Below, piece after piece: positions 30,211 to 40,854 of a DNA stretch of 64,000 bases; the first letter of the stretch is position 1; each line of letters starts with the position of its first letter. Both the position numbers and the translations under genes were made by a program. Where the stretch lies: NCBI RefSeq assembly GCF_000009045.1, contig NC_000964.3:1674001-1738000 (forward strand). Reading direction: 5' to 3'. Below the pieces are notes generated by a model, which saw only the letters and a program-made list of their open reading frames with translations, was not told the origin of the DNA and ran no database searches. This DNA comes from Bacillus subtilis subsp. subtilis str. 168. GTDB lineage: Bacteria > Bacillota > Bacilli > Bacillales > Bacillaceae.

Positions 30211-30870
30211 TTGAAAAAGAGTCAATATTTTATTGTTTTTATTTGTTTTTTCGTTTTATTCAGTGTACATCCGATTGCTGCTGCCGCGGCAGACTCTGAT
30301 AATTCAACTGTAAACGAATGGTTTCAAAAGAAAGATGAAAAAACTGCAGATCAATCAGAGCAAAAGAAAGAAAAAACAACAAAAACTGCTGATGAGACGG
30401 AGGGAGCGGCTGCTCCTTCTGTCTCAGCTTTTGATTTTGTAAAGATGATTTTCGCTTTACTGTTTGTTATCGTGCTGATTTACGGGCTGGTTAAGCTCAT
30501 GAACAAAAGAAATCGGCTCCTAAAGCCTTTTCAATATGTTGAAAATATTGGCGGCACATCGGTCGGTCAGAACAGATCCATACAATTGATCAAGGTCGGG
30601 AAAAGTGTGCTCGTCGTCGGTGTAGGAGAGACGATCCAGCTGCTGAAAGAAATTGAGGATGAAAAAGAGATTGAAGTCATTCTCAGTCAGCATGAAGAGG
30701 CAATGTCAAGCAAAATAGAGTGGCAAAAGTTTGTGAAGCCGCTTAAGAGTTCTGAACATCAGCCGCAGCAAAAACTGCCTTCATTTTCAAAAGCATTAAA
30801 AGAGCAACTTGAAGAGTTAAAACAAAACCGTTCTGAAGGAAAGAAGAAAGGCCCACGTCATCATGAATGA
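30211..30870 (+). CDS. fliO: Flagellar export assembly protein FliO (FliZ)
   Basis: Signal-like N-terminus, TM helix, SVGQNRSIQLIKVG..VLVVGV; TTG start. Confidence 0.9.
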   Translation: MKKSQYFIVFICFFVLFSVHPIAAAAADSDNSTVNEWFQKKDEKTADQSEQKKEKTTKTADETEGAAAPSVSAFDFVKMIFALLFVIVLIYGLVKLMNKRNRLLKPFQYVENIGGTSVGQNRSIQLIKVGKSVLVVGVGETIQLLKEIEDEKEIEVILSQHEEAMSSKIEWQKFVKPLKSSEHQPQQKLPSFSKALKEQLEELKQNRSEGKKKGPRHHE

Positions 30871-31528
30871 GTTTATAAATATTTTCAGTTCAAGCGATCC
30901 GGAAAACGTAAGTTCGACTGTTAAATTACTATTATTGTTAACTGTATTTTCAGTGGCGCCTGGAATATTGATTCTTATGACTTGTTTTACTCGCATCGTC
31001 ATTGTTCTGTCATTTGTCAGAACTTCACTTGCGACGCAATCTATGCCCCCAAACCAGGTTCTAATCGGGCTTGCGCTGTTTTTAACATTTTTTATTATGG
31101 CTCCTACTTTTTCAGAAATTAATAAAGAAGCGCTGACCCCATTAATGGACAACAAAATCAGCTTGGATGAAGCGTATACGAAAGCTGAGGAACCGATTAA
31201 AGAATTTATGAGTAAACACACAAGGCAGAAGGATCTGGCGCTGTTTATGAATTACGCGAAAATGGATAAACCTGAATCATTAAAGGATATTCCGTTAACA
31301 ACAATGGTTCCGGCTTTTGCCATATCGGAGCTTAAAACAGCATTTCAAATAGGTTTTATGATTTTTATCCCTTTTTTAATTATAGATATGGTAGTGGCGA
31401 GCGTCTTGATGTCAATGGGAATGATGATGCTGCCTCCAGTTATGATTTCTCTGCCCTTTAAAATATTACTTTTTGTTTTGGTAGACGGCTGGTATTTAAT
31501 TGTGAAATCTTTGCTTCAGAGCTTTTAG
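30863..31528 (+). CDS. fliP: Flagellar export gate protein FliP
   Basis: MTCFTRIVIVLSFVR, PPNQVLIGLALFLT and PPVMISLPFK. Confidence 0.99.
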   Translation: MNEFINIFSSSDPENVSSTVKLLLLLTVFSVAPGILILMTCFTRIVIVLSFVRTSLATQSMPPNQVLIGLALFLTFFIMAPTFSEINKEALTPLMDNKISLDEAYTKAEEPIKEFMSKHTRQKDLALFMNYAKMDKPESLKDIPLTTMVPAFAISELKTAFQIGFMIFIPFLIIDMVVASVLMSMGMMMLPPVMISLPFKILLFVLVDGWYLIVKSLLQSF

Positions 31529-31542
31529 GGTAGGTGCTAAAC

Positions 31543-31812
31543 GTGAGTTCAGAATTTGTAATTTCTATGGCGGAAAAAGCCGTATACGTAACGCTGATGA
31601 TCAGCGGGCCATTATTGGCTATTGCTTTACTGGTCGGTTTAATTGTCAGCATATTTCAGGCGACAACTCAAATCCAGGAACAGACTTTGGCGTTTATTCC
31701 GAAAATCGTGGCGGTTCTCCTGGCTCTCATTTTTTTTGGTCCGTGGATGCTGTCGACGATTCTTTCATTTACAACAGAGCTGTTTTCTAATTTAAATCGT
31801 TTTGCAGGGTAA
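31543..31812 (+). CDS. fliQ: Flagellar export gate protein FliQ (89 aa)
   Basis: GLIVSIFQATTQIQEQTLAFIPK; GTG 31543 after AGGTG. Confidence 0.98.
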   Translation: MSSEFVISMAEKAVYVTLMISGPLLAIALLVGLIVSIFQATTQIQEQTLAFIPKIVAVLLALIFFGPWMLSTILSFTTELFSNLNRFAG

Positions 31813-31819
31813 TGTAGAG

Positions 31820-32599
31820 ATGAATTCAATTATTGACTTATTTCCTGCTTTTTTATTGGTTTTTATTAGAATCTCTGCTTTTTTTGTAACGATTCCGCTA
31901 TTTGGACATCGAAATGTGCCAGCTGTTCATCGCATAGGTTTTGCTTTTTTTCTTGCGGTCATTTGTTTCAGCACCATTGATAAACCGCCCTCTTTGGAGA
32001 TAGATGAGCACTATATGCTTTTGGCGTTTAAAGAAGCTTTGGTCGGCCTATGTCTGGGTTTAATTGCTTATATGATGATTGCCGCAGTGCAGATTGCCGG
32101 CTCGTTTATTGATTTTCAAATGGGATTTTCAATAGCAAACGTTATTGATCCGCAAACCGGTGCACAAAGTCCGTTGATTGGCCAGTTTATCTATACGATG
32201 GCACTTTTGTTTATGCTGAGTGTCAATGCCCACCATTTGTTGCTGGATGGTATTTACTACAGCTTTCAGTATATTTCAGTTGATCAGGCATTTCCGAATT
32301 TCGGCGATGAAAAGTTTGCCTATTTTATTGCGAAAAGCTTTAATGCAATGTTTATTATCGCTTTTCAAATGTCAGCGCCGGTTGTGGCCAGTTTGTTTCT
32401 AGTTGATTTAGCATTAGGTATCGTGGCTCGAACTGTTCCGCAGTTAAATGTATTTGTGGTCGGTCTGCCTTTAAAGATCGCTGTCAGTTTCATTATGCTC
32501 ATTGTATGTATGTCCGTTATCTTCGTCGTTGTCCGGAATGTTTTCAGTTTAACGATTGAAACGATGCGGAATCTTTTAGCATTGGTCGGTGTTTCTTAA
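31820..32599 (+). CDS. fliR: Flagellar export gate protein FliR (259 aa)
   Basis: AGSFIDFQMGFS and ARTVPQLNVFVVGLPLK; hydrophobic; ATG 31820. Confidence 0.97.
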   Translation: MNSIIDLFPAFLLVFIRISAFFVTIPLFGHRNVPAVHRIGFAFFLAVICFSTIDKPPSLEIDEHYMLLAFKEALVGLCLGLIAYMMIAAVQIAGSFIDFQMGFSIANVIDPQTGAQSPLIGQFIYTMALLFMLSVNAHHLLLDGIYYSFQYISVDQAFPNFGDEKFAYFIAKSFNAMFIIAFQMSAPVVASLFLVDLALGIVARTVPQLNVFVVGLPLKIAVSFIMLIVCMSVIFVVVRNVFSLTIETMRNLLALVGVS

Positions 32600-33681
32600 T
32601 GAAGCTTAGAGTTGACCTGCAGTTTTTTGCGGGAGAGAAGACAGAAAAAGCCACTCCGAAAAAACGGAAGGATACGCGAAAAAAAGGGCAGGTAGCCAAA
32701 AGCTCGGATGTCAATACCGCCGTTTCTTTACTGGTAATATTCCTTTCGCTTATTGCAATTGGTCCGTATATGAGAGACAGGCTGCTGTCATTCATAGAAA
32801 CATTTTATACCGAATCGCTCACAATGAAGCTCTCAGAATCAAATGTGCATACATTGTTTGTCAGCTTATTAAAGGATATGGGCATGATACTCGCACCGAT
32901 CTTGCTTGTTGCTCTTGTTGCAGGAGTCGTAAGCAACTATATGCAGGTTGGGTTCTTGTTTTCTGCTGAAGTGATACAGCCTAAGCTTGAAAAACTGGAT
33001 CCGATCAAAGGCTTTAAACGAATATACAGTATGAGGGCGATTGTAGAGCTGATTAAATCAATTTTGAAAATCGTAGTCGTCGGTTTTGCGGCTTTTGCTG
33101 TGCTTTGGCTGCATTATGGAGAAATTCTCCGGCTTCCTCTCCTGACACCCGAAGAGGCACTTTCTTTCGTTTCAAAACTCACTTTGTGGATGGGACTAAG
33201 CGGTGCAGGTGCATTGTTGATTCTTGCTGGTCTCGACTATTTATATCAGAGATTTGACTATGAGAAAAATATCAAAATGTCAAAACAAGATATAAAAGAT
33301 GAGTACAAAAAATCTGAAGGAGACCCGATTATCAAGTCTAAAATTAAACAAAGACAGCGGGAAATGGCGATGAGGCGGATGATGCAGGAAGTTCCAAAAG
33401 CAGATGTCATTATCACAAACCCGACTCACTATGCGATTGCTTTGAAATATGATGAAGAAAAAATGGACGCACCTTATATTGTTGCAAAAGGCGTCGACCA
33501 CCTTGCGTTAAAAATCAGGAAAATTGCTAAAGAGCATGATGTCATGATGGTAGAAAACAGACCGCTTGCCCGTGCGTTATATGATCAAGTGGAAATTGAC
33601 CAGGCAGTGCCGGAAGAATTTTTTAAAGTTTTAGCAGAAATTCTGGCTTACGTATATAAAACAAAACAAAAAGTATATTGA
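32599..33681 (+). CDS. flhB: Flagellar export switch protein FlhB
   Basis: EKTEKATPKK, MSKQDIKDEYKKSEGDP and NPTH autocleavage motif (33418-29). Confidence 0.99.
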   Translation: MKLRVDLQFFAGEKTEKATPKKRKDTRKKGQVAKSSDVNTAVSLLVIFLSLIAIGPYMRDRLLSFIETFYTESLTMKLSESNVHTLFVSLLKDMGMILAPILLVALVAGVVSNYMQVGFLFSAEVIQPKLEKLDPIKGFKRIYSMRAIVELIKSILKIVVVGFAAFAVLWLHYGEILRLPLLTPEEALSFVSKLTLWMGLSGAGALLILAGLDYLYQRFDYEKNIKMSKQDIKDEYKKSEGDPIIKSKIKQRQREMAMRRMMQEVPKADVIITNPTHYAIALKYDEEKMDAPYIVAKGVDHLALKIRKIAKEHDVMMVENRPLARALYDQVEIDQAVPEEFFKVLAEILAYVYKTKQKVY

Positions 33682-33713
33682 ATTTTTCGATTTAAAAGGA
33701 GAGAAAAAACAGC

Positions 33714-35747
33714 ATGTCAACAAGAGATTTATCCGTTTTAATAAGTGTTGTCCTCATTGTGGCGATGCTGGTGATTCCATTTCCTCCATGGCTGTTAAGT
33801 ATTTTGATCATTATTAATATTTCTCTTGCGTTGATCGTGCTTCTCACCACAATGAATATGCAGGAAGCGCTTCAGTTTTCGATTTTTCCGTCACTGTTGC
33901 TGCTTTTGACCCTATTTCGTTTGGGCTTGAACGTCTCAACTACCCGTTCAATTCTTTCACACGGTGAGGGAGGTAAAGTCGTCGAGACTTTCGGAAATTT
34001 CGTTGTCGGCGGAAATGTATTAGTTGGACTCGTTGTATTTATCATCCTTATTATTATTCAGTTTATCGTCATTACAAAAGGTGCTGAACGTGTTTCCGAG
34101 GTTGCAGCAAGGTTTACGCTGGACGCAATGCCGGGGAAGCAGATGAGTATTGATGCTGATTTAAACGCAGGGATGATTACCGAACAGGAAGCGAAGCATC
34201 GCCGCGAAAAAGTGGCAAGAGAAGCAGACTTTTATGGAGCAATGGACGGTGCCAGTAAATTTGTAAAAGGTGACGCCATTGCCGGAATCATCATTGTGAT
34301 GATCAATATTATTTTCGGAATCGTGATCGGAATGCTTCAGCAGGGCATGTCCATTCAAGAAGCTGCTTCACACTTTACGATGCTGACTGTAGGGGATGGA
34401 ATTGTTTCGCAAATCCCGGCACTGTTAATTTCTACGGCTACGGGTATTGTGGTCACAAGAGCTGCATCTGAAGGAAACTTAGGGCATGACATTACAGGCC
34501 AGCTGTTTGCGTATCCAAAGCTTTTATACGTCGCAGCAGCTACGATCATGCTTTTAGGTATTTTCACTCCGATCGGCATCCTTCTGACGGGGCCGCTTGC
34601 GGGATTGCTTGCTTTTGGCGCATATACACTATCTAAATCAGGTAAGGAAAAAGAAGAAGTGGATGAGATTCTTGAGGAAGAGGCTGAGGTGGACGAGCTT
34701 AAAAGCCCTGAAAGTGTTGTTCAGCTTCTGCATATAGATCCGATAGAATTTGAGTTTGGATATGGCCTGATACCGCTTGCTGATGCCAATCAAGGCGGTG
34801 ATTTATTAGACCGAATTGTTATGATACGCCGTCAGTTGGCTTTGGAACTCGGGCTTGTCATTCCTGTCGTGCGAATCAGAGATAATATAGCGTTGCAGCC
34901 TAATGAATACCGATTGAAAATTAAAGGAAACGAAGTAGCAAAAGGCGAGCTGTTGCTTGATCATTATTTAGCGATGTCGCCTACTCCTGAGGACGATCTC
35001 ATTGAAGGGATTGAAACAGTGGAGCCTTCATTCGGACTGCCGGCTAAATGGATTAGCGAAGCGGTAAAGGATGAAGCCGACATGCTTGGTTATACAGTAG
35101 TTGATCCTGCATCAGTCGTTTCAACGCATATTACGGAGAAAATTAAGCAGCATGCCCACGAATTGATCGGAAGGCAGGAGACAAAACAGCTGATCGATCA
35201 CTTGAAAGAATCGTATCCAGTCCTGGTTGAAGAGGTTACGCCGAATCCATTGTCTGTCGGTGATATTCAGAAAGTGCTTGCTAAGCTTTTAAAAGAAAAA
35301 GTTTCAATTCGAAACTTAGTAACGATTTTTGAAACACTTGCTGACTATGGGAAATTAACAACAGATTCTGATCTCTTGACAGAGTATACAAGACAAGCGC
35401 TTGCTAAACAAATTACAGCCCAGTTTGCCAAAGAAAATGAAGTGTTGAAGGTTGTTACTTGTTCCGGCCGTGTAGAAAAAGCAATAGCAGACGGTGTGCA
35501 GCAGACGGAACACGGGAACTATTTATCACTTGAACCAGATATTTCAGAAAGTATAGTGCGCTCTGTCGCCAAAGAAGCTGAACAGCTCTCATTACGTCAG
35601 GAAACCGCGATTCTTCTTTGCTCGCCGCCTGTCAGAATGTATGTGAAGCAGCTACTGGAACGGTACTTCCCTGATCTTCCGGTACTCTCTTATAACGAAC
35701 TTGAGGCGAATGTTGAGGTACAAAGCATTGGAGTGGTGGATATTTAA
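33714..35747 (+). CDS. flhA: Flagellar export protein FlhA
   Basis: ERVSEVAARFTLDAMPGKQMSIDADL FHIPEP motif. Confidence 0.99.
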   Translation: MSTRDLSVLISVVLIVAMLVIPFPPWLLSILIIINISLALIVLLTTMNMQEALQFSIFPSLLLLLTLFRLGLNVSTTRSILSHGEGGKVVETFGNFVVGGNVLVGLVVFIILIIIQFIVITKGAERVSEVAARFTLDAMPGKQMSIDADLNAGMITEQEAKHRREKVAREADFYGAMDGASKFVKGDAIAGIIIVMINIIFGIVIGMLQQGMSIQEAASHFTMLTVGDGIVSQIPALLISTATGIVVTRAASEGNLGHDITGQLFAYPKLLYVAAATIMLLGIFTPIGILLTGPLAGLLAFGAYTLSKSGKEKEEVDEILEEEAEVDELKSPESVVQLLHIDPIEFEFGYGLIPLADANQGGDLLDRIVMIRRQLALELGLVIPVVRIRDNIALQPNEYRLKIKGNEVAKGELLLDHYLAMSPTPEDDLIEGIETVEPSFGLPAKWISEAVKDEADMLGYTVVDPASVVSTHITEKIKQHAHELIGRQETKQLIDHLKESYPVLVEEVTPNPLSVGDIQKVLAKLLKEKVSIRNLVTIFETLADYGKLTTDSDLLTEYTRQALAKQITAQFAKENEVLKVVTCSGRVEKAIADGVQQTEHGNYLSLEPDISESIVRSVAKEAEQLSLRQETAILLCSPPVRMYVKQLLERYFPDLPVLSYNELEANVEVQSIGVVDI

Positions 35748-36847
35748 TGAAAATAAAAAAATTTACTGCTGCTTCAATGCAAGAAGCGGCACTTCTCATC
35801 AGAAAAGAGTTAGGTAATGAAGCGGTCATATTAAATTCGAAAAAAATTAAAAAGCGAAAATGGTTTGGCCTCGTCAACAAGCCTGCTGTTGAAGTAATCG
35901 CCGTATTGGATCAGGACTTTCTTGAGAAAAAAACGCCTCAGAAGGCAGCTGAACCGAAACAAACATTAAAAACTCCGGTCAGCAGTCCAAAAATAGAGGA
36001 GAGAACATATCCCCCTCAAATTCCGGCGCAACAGGAGCTAGGTGATTTTTCAGCATATCAATCTGTACTTCCTGAGCCGCTGCGAAAAGCAGAAAAGCTT
36101 TTGCAAGAAACAGGGATCAAAGAGTCTACGAAAACGAACACTCTGAAAAAATTGCTTCGCTTCTCTGTTGAAGCAGGCGGCTTGACTGAAGAAAATGTTG
36201 TCGGCAAACTTCAGGAAATACTATGCGATATGCTGCCCTCAGCAGACAAGTGGCAGGAGCCAATTCATTCAAAATATATCGTTCTCTTTGGTTCAACAGG
36301 GGCTGGTAAAACAACTACACTGGCTAAACTCGCAGCCATATCTATGCTTGAAAAACATAAAAAAATCGCTTTTATTACAACAGATACGTATCGTATTGCA
36401 GCTGTTGAACAGTTGAAAACATACGCTGAACTGCTGCAGGCTCCTCTGGAAGTTTGCTATACAAAAGAAGAATTTCAGCAGGCGAAGGAGCTATTTTCTG
36501 AGTATGATCATGTGTTTGTTGATACAGCTGGAAGAAACTTCAAAGACCCGCAATACATTGATGAACTGAAAGAAACGATTCCTTTTGAGAGCAGCATTCA
36601 GTCATTTCTTGTTTTATCCGCGACTGCAAAATATGAAGATATGAAGCATATTGTCAAACGGTTTTCATCCGTCCCTGTCAATCAGTATATTTTTACGAAA
36701 ATAGATGAAACGACTTCCTTAGGTTCTGTATTTAATATACTGGCAGAATCAAAAATAGGTGTCGGGTTTATGACTAACGGCCAGAATGTGCCTGAGGATA
36801 TACAGACTGTATCTCCACTTGGTTTTGTGAGGATGCTGTGCAGATGA
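35747..36847 (+). CDS. flhF: SRP-family GTPase FlhF
   Basis: [21 protein letters not shown] and TKIDE; TAATG overlap. Confidence 0.98.
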
Positions 36848-37734
36848 ACAGATATGACCAAGCAGCAACTTTACGGGCGAAAATGGAAAAACGTGAGCGC
36901 GTTCTGCCAATGGTTTATTCACAAAAAGCGAAGACACTTGCTGTCATCAGCGGCAAGGGCGGTGTCGGAAAATCCAATATTACCTTAAATATGGCACTTG
37001 CGCTGCAGGATAAAGGTAAGAAGGTGCTGCTCATCGACCTTGATATCGGGATGGGGAACATTGATATATTAATAGGAAATTCATCGTCTGCCACGATAAT
37101 CGATGTTTTAACCGATCGTAAGCCTTTGCTGCAGTCATTATCCGTTGGCCCAAAGGGTTTGCGGTATATATCAGGGGGAACCGGTCTTGATGTGATGTTT
37201 CAGCTCGATCAGAGAAAATGGACGTTTTTTGCCAATGAACTTTCTCATGCATTAAGCCAGTTCGATTATGTGCTGTTTGACATGGGAGCAGGCTTATCAA
37301 AAGATCAACTGCCTTTTATTTTATCAGCAGAAGATATTTTGATTATTACAACTCCCGAGCCGACGGCCATTATGGACGCATACAGCGCTGTCAAGCACTT
37401 GGTTTTGACAGAAAATAAGCTTTCAATGAAGGTGGCTGTCAATCGGTGCCGTGACCAAAAGGAAGGGCTTGACGCTTTTGCCCGCCTCTCCCGTACAATT
37501 CATATGTTTTTGGATGTTCAGGTTCAGTTTGCCGGTTCCGTTTCTGACGATGTGATCGTGAGCAAAGCGGTTGTCGAACAGGTTCCTTTTTTCATAAAAA
37601 GCCCTCAGGCAAAAGCCAGCCGGTCAGTCCGTATTTTAGCGGACGCCTTGTTTGAAAGAGAAGAAACGAGACACAAAGAAGACAAACAGACATTTATTGA
37701 GAAATTATCTTCTTTTTTAATGAGGAGGGCTTAA
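36838..37734 (+). CDS. flhG: MinD-like ATPase FlhG (YlxH)
   Basis: DQAATLR N-terminal helix, SGKGGVGKS and [12 protein letters not shown]; GTG start. Confidence 0.97.
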
Positions 37735-37735
37735 T

Positions 37736-38809
37736 TTGATTCGTGTGCTTGTAGTTGATGATTCAGCTTTTATGAGAAAAATGATAAGTGATTTTCTGAC
37801 CGAAGAAAAGCAGATAGAAGTAATCGGAACTGCGAGAAACGGAGAAGAAGCGCTTAAGAAGATTGAATTATTAAAACCGGATGTTATTACTCTTGATGTT
37901 GAAATGCCGGTCATGAATGGGACAGATACGCTCCGCAAAATTATTGAGATTTATAACTTGCCGGTCATTATGGTGTCTAGCCAGACCGAGAAAGGTAAAG
38001 AATGCACAATTAATTGTTTGGAGATCGGTGCCTTTGACTTTATCACAAAGCCATCAGGCTCAATATCTCTGGATCTATACAAAATTAAAGAACAACTAGT
38101 TGAGCGTGTCGTCGCGGCAGGACTTTCCGGCAAGCGGAAACGTCCTGTTTCCCAGACAGTTCGGCCCGAACCTATTGTGCGTGCTGTCGTTAAGCCTGAA
38201 TTAAGCAAACCGAAACCTGGCACGGGCAGACAAATTGTGTGTATCGGCACATCAACAGGCGGTCCACGGGCGTTACAAAAGGTGATACCGAAGCTCCCTA
38301 AGGATTTGAACGCACCAGTGGTTGTCGTTCAGCACATGCCTGAAGGGTTTACTGCTTCTTTGGCTGATCGGCTGAATCATTTATCTGACATTCAGGTAAA
38401 AGAAGCAAAAGATGGTGAAGCAGCTCTTAACGGCTGTGTTTACATAGCACCGGGCGGAAAAAACATATCCGTTATTAAAAACAGCGAAGGACTCCAGGTT
38501 GTGCTTGATAACCATGACACACCAAGCCGTCATAAACCATCTGCTGATTATTTATTCCGTTCTGTCGGGAAACTGACAGATTATGAAAAAGTAGCGGTTA
38601 TCATGACCGGAATGGGCAGTGACGGCACTGCTGGACTAAAGGACATGCTAACAGCCGGCAATGTGAAAGCCATTGCGGAGTCTGAAGAATCTTGTGTCGT
38701 ATACGGGATGCCAAAAGCTGCTGTTAAAGCGGGTCTCATTCATGAGATTAAACATGTGGAAGATATCGCAGCATCCATCACAAGCTGTGTGAAAAAAGAG
38801 AGGGTGTGA
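37736..38809 (+). CDS. cheB: Chemotaxis methylesterase CheB
   Basis: Receiver domain plus GTSTGG, QHMP and MTGMGSDG; TTG start. Confidence 0.98.
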   Translation: MIRVLVVDDSAFMRKMISDFLTEEKQIEVIGTARNGEEALKKIELLKPDVITLDVEMPVMNGTDTLRKIIEIYNLPVIMVSSQTEKGKECTINCLEIGAFDFITKPSGSISLDLYKIKEQLVERVVAAGLSGKRKRPVSQTVRPEPIVRAVVKPELSKPKPGTGRQIVCIGTSTGGPRALQKVIPKLPKDLNAPVVVVQHMPEGFTASLADRLNHLSDIQVKEAKDGEAALNGCVYIAPGGKNISVIKNSEGLQVVLDNHDTPSRHKPSADYLFRSVGKLTDYEKVAVIMTGMGSDGTAGLKDMLTAGNVKAIAESEESCVVYGMPKAAVKAGLIHEIKHVEDIAASITSCVKKERV

Positions 38810-38814
38810 TTCAA

Positions 38815-40833
38815 ATGGATATGAATCAGTATTTAGATGTCTTTATTGATGAGAGTAAAGAACATTTACAAACATGTAATGAAAAGCTTCTTCTTTTAGA
38901 GAAAGACCCGACTGATCTTCAGCTCGTACATGATATATTCAGGGCTGCCCATACATTAAAAGGAATGAGCGCAACGATGGGCTACACGGATTTAGCACAT
39001 CTTACCCATCTGCTTGAAAACGTGCTGGATGCAATCCGAAACGGAGACATGGAAGTCACCTCAGACTGGCTGGATATTTTGTTTGAAGCTCTGGATCACC
39101 TGGAAACAATGGTTCAGTCTATTATTGATGGCGGGGATGGTAAAAGAGATATCTCAGAAGTGAGTGCCAAGCTTGATGTGAATGGTGCGCACGCTGAATC
39201 CGCTGCCTCCGCTGAACCTGCAGAAGCACAGAGTTCAGCATCTGATTGGGAATATGATGAATTTGAACGCACAGTTATACAAGAAGCGGAGGAGCAAGGC
39301 TTCAAACGATATGAAATCAAGATTTCTCTGAACGAAAACTGTATGTTAAAAGCAGTTCGTGTCTATATGGTGTTTGAAAAACTAAATGAAGTCGGAGAAG
39401 TAGCCAAAACAATTCCAAGTGCTGAAGTGCTTGAAACAGAAGATTTTGGAACTGACTTTCAAGTTTGTTTCTTAACACATCAATCAGCGGAAGACATTGA
39501 ACAATTAATCAATGGCGTGTCGGAAATTGAGCATGTTGAAGTCATTCAAGGGGCTCCTTTAACATCAGCTGAAAAGCCTGAAGAATCTAAGCAAGAAGAT
39601 TCACCAGCAGCAGCTGTACCTGCGAAGCAGGAGAAACAAAAACAGCCTGCTAAAAACGATGAACAGGCGAAGCATTCAGCCGGCGGATCTAAAACAATTC
39701 GTGTCAACATTGACAGGCTTGATTCTTTAATGAACTTATTTGAAGAGCTTGTCATTGACCGCGGGCGTCTCGAGCAGATTGCGAAAGAGCTTGAGCATAA
39801 TGAACTGACTGAAACGGTTGAACGAATGACGAGAATTTCCGGAGATTTGCAATCGATTATTCTGAATATGAGAATGGTCCCGGTTGAAACTGTTTTTAAC
39901 AGATTCCCGAGAATGATTCGCCAGCTTCAGAAAGAGCTGAATAAAAAAATTGAACTCTCGATCATCGGTGCGGAAACTGAACTGGATCGTACAGTAATTG
40001 ATGAAATCGGAGATCCACTCGTTCACTTGATCAGAAACAGTATTGACCATGGTATCGAGGCGCCGGAAACACGTTTGCAAAAGGGAAAACCGGAATCAGG
40101 AAAAGTTGTGCTTAAAGCTTATCACAGCGGCAACCATGTCTTTATCGAAGTAGAGGATGACGGCGCAGGCCTTAATCGAAAAAAAATTCTGGAAAAAGCG
40201 CTTGAGCGCGGGGTCATAACGGAAAAAGAAGCTGAAACCTTAGAAGACAACCAAATTTACGAATTGATTTTTGCTCCGGGGTTCTCAACTGCTGACCAAA
40301 TTTCTGATATTTCCGGCCGCGGTGTAGGACTTGACGTTGTAAAAAACAAACTGGAGTCTCTTGGCGGTTCAGTCAGTGTGAAATCAGCCGAGGGTCAAGG
40401 CTCTCTATTCAGCATCCAGCTGCCGCTTACCTTGTCTATTATTTCAGTTCTGCTGATTAAGTTGGAAGAAGAGACATTTGCCATTCCGATTTCTTCAATC
40501 ATTGAGACAGCAGTTATTGACAGAAAAGACATTTTGCAAACGCATGACCGTGAAGTGATTGACTTTAGAGGGCATATTGTCCCTGTCGTTTATTTAAAAG
40601 AAGAGTTTAAAATAGAAGATACAAGAAAAGATGCGGAACAGCTCCATATCATTGTCGTGAAAAAAGGCGACAAACCTACTGCATTTGTGGTGGACTCCTT
40701 TATTGGCCAGCAGGAAGTTGTGCTGAAATCACTCGGAGATTATTTAACAAACGTCTTTGCAATTTCCGGAGCTACTATTTTAGGAGACGGAGAAGTAGCG
40801 CTCATTATTGATTGTAATGCACTGATTATTTAA
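38815..40833 (+). CDS. cheA: Chemotaxis histidine kinase CheA (672 aa)
   Basis: FRAAHTLKG Hpt, HLIRNSIDHGIE, DDGAG and SGRGVGLDVV; ATG 38815. Confidence 0.99.
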   Translation: MDMNQYLDVFIDESKEHLQTCNEKLLLLEKDPTDLQLVHDIFRAAHTLKGMSATMGYTDLAHLTHLLENVLDAIRNGDMEVTSDWLDILFEALDHLETMVQSIIDGGDGKRDISEVSAKLDVNGAHAESAASAEPAEAQSSASDWEYDEFERTVIQEAEEQGFKRYEIKISLNENCMLKAVRVYMVFEKLNEVGEVAKTIPSAEVLETEDFGTDFQVCFLTHQSAEDIEQLINGVSEIEHVEVIQGAPLTSAEKPEESKQEDSPAAAVPAKQEKQKQPAKNDEQAKHSAGGSKTIRVNIDRLDSLMNLFEELVIDRGRLEQIAKELEHNELTETVERMTRISGDLQSIILNMRMVPVETVFNRFPRMIRQLQKELNKKIELSIIGAETELDRTVIDEIGDPLVHLIRNSIDHGIEAPETRLQKGKPESGKVVLKAYHSGNHVFIEVEDDGAGLNRKKILEKALERGVITEKEAETLEDNQIYELIFAPGFSTADQISDISGRGVGLDVVKNKLESLGGSVSVKSAEGQGSLFSIQLPLTLSIISVLLIKLEEETFAIPISSIIETAVIDRKDILQTHDREVIDFRGHIVPVVYLKEEFKIEDTRKDAEQLHIIVVKKGDKPTAFVVDSFIGQQEVVLKSLGDYLTNVFAISGATILGDGEVALIIDCNALII

Positions 40834-40854
40834 CCATTCGAGGAGGTGTCTCAC

